Of a stretch of DNA of 64,000 nucleotides, positions 62,015 to 64,000 are shown in pieces. The stretch's first letter is position 1; each line of letters opens with the position of its first letter. The position numbers and the translations under genes were made by a program. Source of the DNA: an uncultured Gemmatimonadaceae bacterium (GTDB taxonomy: Bacteria; Gemmatimonadota; Gemmatimonadetes; Gemmatimonadales; Gemmatimonadaceae); NCBI GenBank assembly GCA_963716745.1, contig OY970320.1, positions 1,920,001 through 1,984,000 of the forward strand, written 5' to 3'. The notes under the pieces are model-generated. The model was not told where the DNA came from. It did not search any database and worked only from the letters and a program-made list of their open reading frames with translations.

Positions 62015-63267
62015 ACGCCCCGGCGAAATTCCTGACGTCGCTCGCGCAGAGCCTCTCGACCATGATGCTCTATCCGCGGGGCCATCAGACCTGGAAGCGC
62101 GCGGCCGACGCGTCGTACGAGCAGCTCGCGGAACTGCAGAAGGAGAACGCGCAGCCGCTCTTCTCGTTCATCGGCCGTGATGTGATCTACGGTCATTCGC
62201 CCCTGCACGACCTCAAGGACTGGCCCTGGGCGCAGCGGCTCGCCGAGGCCGGTGTGCAGCGCCTGGAATTCGACGCCGAGGTGACGCGCGACGAGTTCGA
62301 GGATTTCGTCGCCGATGTGCTCGTGCGCGTGGTGCAGAGCGGTGCCGGTGGCGCGATCGAAGCGCCTACGCGTGCGCCCGGCGGCCGGCAGAGCATTCGT
62401 TTCGGCACGGTGACCGTGCGCGAGATCGAGGAAGGGAACGCGGATCTCGGCGACTCCCGCACGCCGACGCCGGCGCAGGGCATGGAGGGCACGGGATTGC
62501 CCTTCGGCCTCGAGGAGGAGGCGGGCGCCGCGACGTGGATCTACGAGCAGGTGCAGGCGAAGGATGTCGTGCCGCTCGTGGAGGCCGACGCGGTAGTGCG
62601 GTCGCTCACGGTCGCGATGAAGGGGAGCAGCGCGATGATCATTCCCCTCCTGCGGCTCAAGGCGAGCGACCCCTATAACGCGATCCACGCGATCAACGTC
62701 GCGGTGCTCGTCATGGCTCTTTCGGAAGCGCTCGGCCTCGGGAACAAGGATGTGCACGAGTTCGGGATGGCGGCGCTGCTGCACGACCTCGGCATGGCAC
62801 GCGTGCCGCGCGAACTGGTGGCCAAGCCCATCGAACTCACGGATGAGGAGCGGAAGATCGTCGAGCGCCACCCGGTGGACGGCGCGCGCATCATCCTGCA
62901 GAGCGACAAGCGCATGGAACTCGGCGCCACGGTGGCGTACGAACACCACCTGCGCCCCGATGGGACCGGTTATCCGCAGGGCCTCTTCCGCCGGCCGATC
63001 CACTTCGGGAGCAAGATGGTGCGCGTGTGCAGCGTGTACAACGCGCTGCGGATCGAACGCGCGCACCGGTCGCCGTACCCCGCGGCACAGGCGCTGCTCT
63101 TCATCGACGAACGCGCGGGCCGCGAGTTCGACTCGGATATCGCCCACGCATTCACCGCCATGATGCGCCGGCTCGAACCACAGATCAAGGAAGTGACGCG
63201 CGACGAGAAGCTGCTGACACCGCCGCTTGGCATGGCTTCTATCCCGTCGGGCGCCGGCGACTACTGA
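62011..63267 (+). CDS. HD-GYP domain protein, distal Asp residues lost (copy 2)
   Basis: LLHDLG, HPVDGA, EHHLRPDGTGYP, CSVYNAL; ATGA overlap with the HEAT gene. Confidence 0.88.
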   Translation: MNAPAKFLTSLAQSLSTMMLYPRGHQTWKRAADASYEQLAELQKENAQPLFSFIGRDVIYGHSPLHDLKDWPWAQRLAEAGVQRLEFDAEVTRDEFEDFVADVLVRVVQSGAGGAIEAPTRAPGGRQSIRFGTVTVREIEEGNADLGDSRTPTPAQGMEGTGLPFGLEEEAGAATWIYEQVQAKDVVPLVEADAVVRSLTVAMKGSSAMIIPLLRLKASDPYNAIHAINVAVLVMALSEALGLGNKDVHEFGMAALLHDLGMARVPRELVAKPIELTDEERKIVERHPVDGARIILQSDKRMELGATVAYEHHLRPDGTGYPQGLFRRPIHFGSKMVRVCSVYNALRIERAHRSPYPAAQALLFIDERAGREFDSDIAHAFTAMMRRLEPQIKEVTRDEKLLTPPLGMASIPSGAGDY

Positions 63268-63350
63268 TCTGCCGGCCCGTGTGCAAGTTCGGGCTGGACG
63301 GGCGTCACATATGCGAACGGGCAAAGAGCACTCTCTGACGCGGAGATGGC

Positions 63351-63872
63351 GTGCACGACGTTGACCGGCTGTTCCGGACGTATCATGACATGCTCGTGCG
63401 CTATCTCACCCGCCGCTTGGGGGACCGCGATTGGGCGGAAGAGGTGGCGCAGGAGACGTTCGTGCGGGCGCTGCGCCAGGAGACGATCACGAACGAACGC
63501 GCGTGGCTGTTCACGGTGGCGAACAATCTCGTGCGCGACGACGCGCGCAAGAGCGCGCGCCAGCGGCGGCATCTGGAGTTGCTGCGCGAAGAGCAACGCG
63601 ACGAAGTGTTCGAGCCGGAGCCGCTGAGCGCCGAGCGTGCGGAAGACGCCGCGCTCGCCCGCGCGGCGGTGGATGGTCTTGCGGAGCGCGACCGGCTGGC
63701 GCTCTTGATGCGGGAAGAGGGACTGGACTACGAAGAGATCGCGGTGGCGCTCAAGTTGTCGGTGCGCTCGGTCGGCACGACACTCTCGCGCGCCCGCCGC
63801 CGGCTCGTTGAACATTATGAGGCGCTGCAGCGCATGCCGCGCCGGAGTGAGGGAGGCCATGCGGCATCTTGA
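63351..63872 (+). CDS. ECF RNA polymerase sigma factor
   Basis: AEEVAQETF, AWLFTVANN, GLDYEEIA...SVGTTLSRAR. Confidence 0.9.
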   Translation: MHDVDRLFRTYHDMLVRYLTRRLGDRDWAEEVAQETFVRALRQETITNERAWLFTVANNLVRDDARKSARQRRHLELLREEQRDEVFEPEPLSAERAEDAALARAAVDGLAERDRLALLMREEGLDYEEIAVALKLSVRSVGTTLSRARRRLVEHYEALQRMPRRSEGGHAAS

Positions 63873-64000
63873 CGAAGGGACGATCCATGCGTGGCTCGAC
63901 GGCGCGCTCAGCGCCGACGAGGAACGCAAGGCCGAATCGCACGCGGCGCAATGCACACAGTGCGCGTCCGCCGTGGCCGACGCGCGCGGATTCATCGCGG
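63859..64000 (+). CDS. zf-HC2 anti-sigma factor (truncated by the window end)
   Basis: GGAGG RBS; MRHLDEGTIHAWLDGAL...SHAAQCTQC. Confidence 0.85.
   Translation, partial: MRHLDEGTIHAWLDGALSADEERKAESHAAQCTQCASAVADARGFIA

Overview
High-GC bacterial chromosomal window that spans the replication origin. Gene content and protein style suggest Gemmatimonadota, but this is an inference, not a database result. It begins with rnpB, dnaN, oriC, dnaA, rpmH, rnpA, yidD, yidC and mnmE. It continues with housekeeping genes (upp, holA, mutS, cystathionine beta-synthase, ddl, queD, queF, tRNA-Phe) mixed with accessory modules: PQQ alcohol dehydrogenase plus porin, an M16 peptidase pair, two ECF sigma/anti-sigma pairs, TPR-TPR-S41 protease, a sugar uptake/activation operon, TsdA plus a Tat DsrE-like protein, an ABC exporter, a TonB-dependent receptor, and two tandem HEAT-repeat/HD-GYP pairs. 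Several genes, including essential dnaN, carry single-base insertions that are most likely consensus sequencing errors. I saw no CRISPR array, integrase or transposase. Best candidates for undescribed biology: (1) a leaderless His/Cys-rich uORF ending in a non-canonical PFANGPP motif whose Pro-Pro codons pair perfectly with the Shine-Dalgarno of the downstream TonB receptor, suggesting a metal-sensing ribosome-arrest switch; (2) four HEAT/HD-GYP proteins sharing an unnamed N-terminal YPxxHP domain; (3) a QueE homolog lacking the radical-SAM cluster; (4) an orphan three-hairpin sRNA with its own promoter and terminator.
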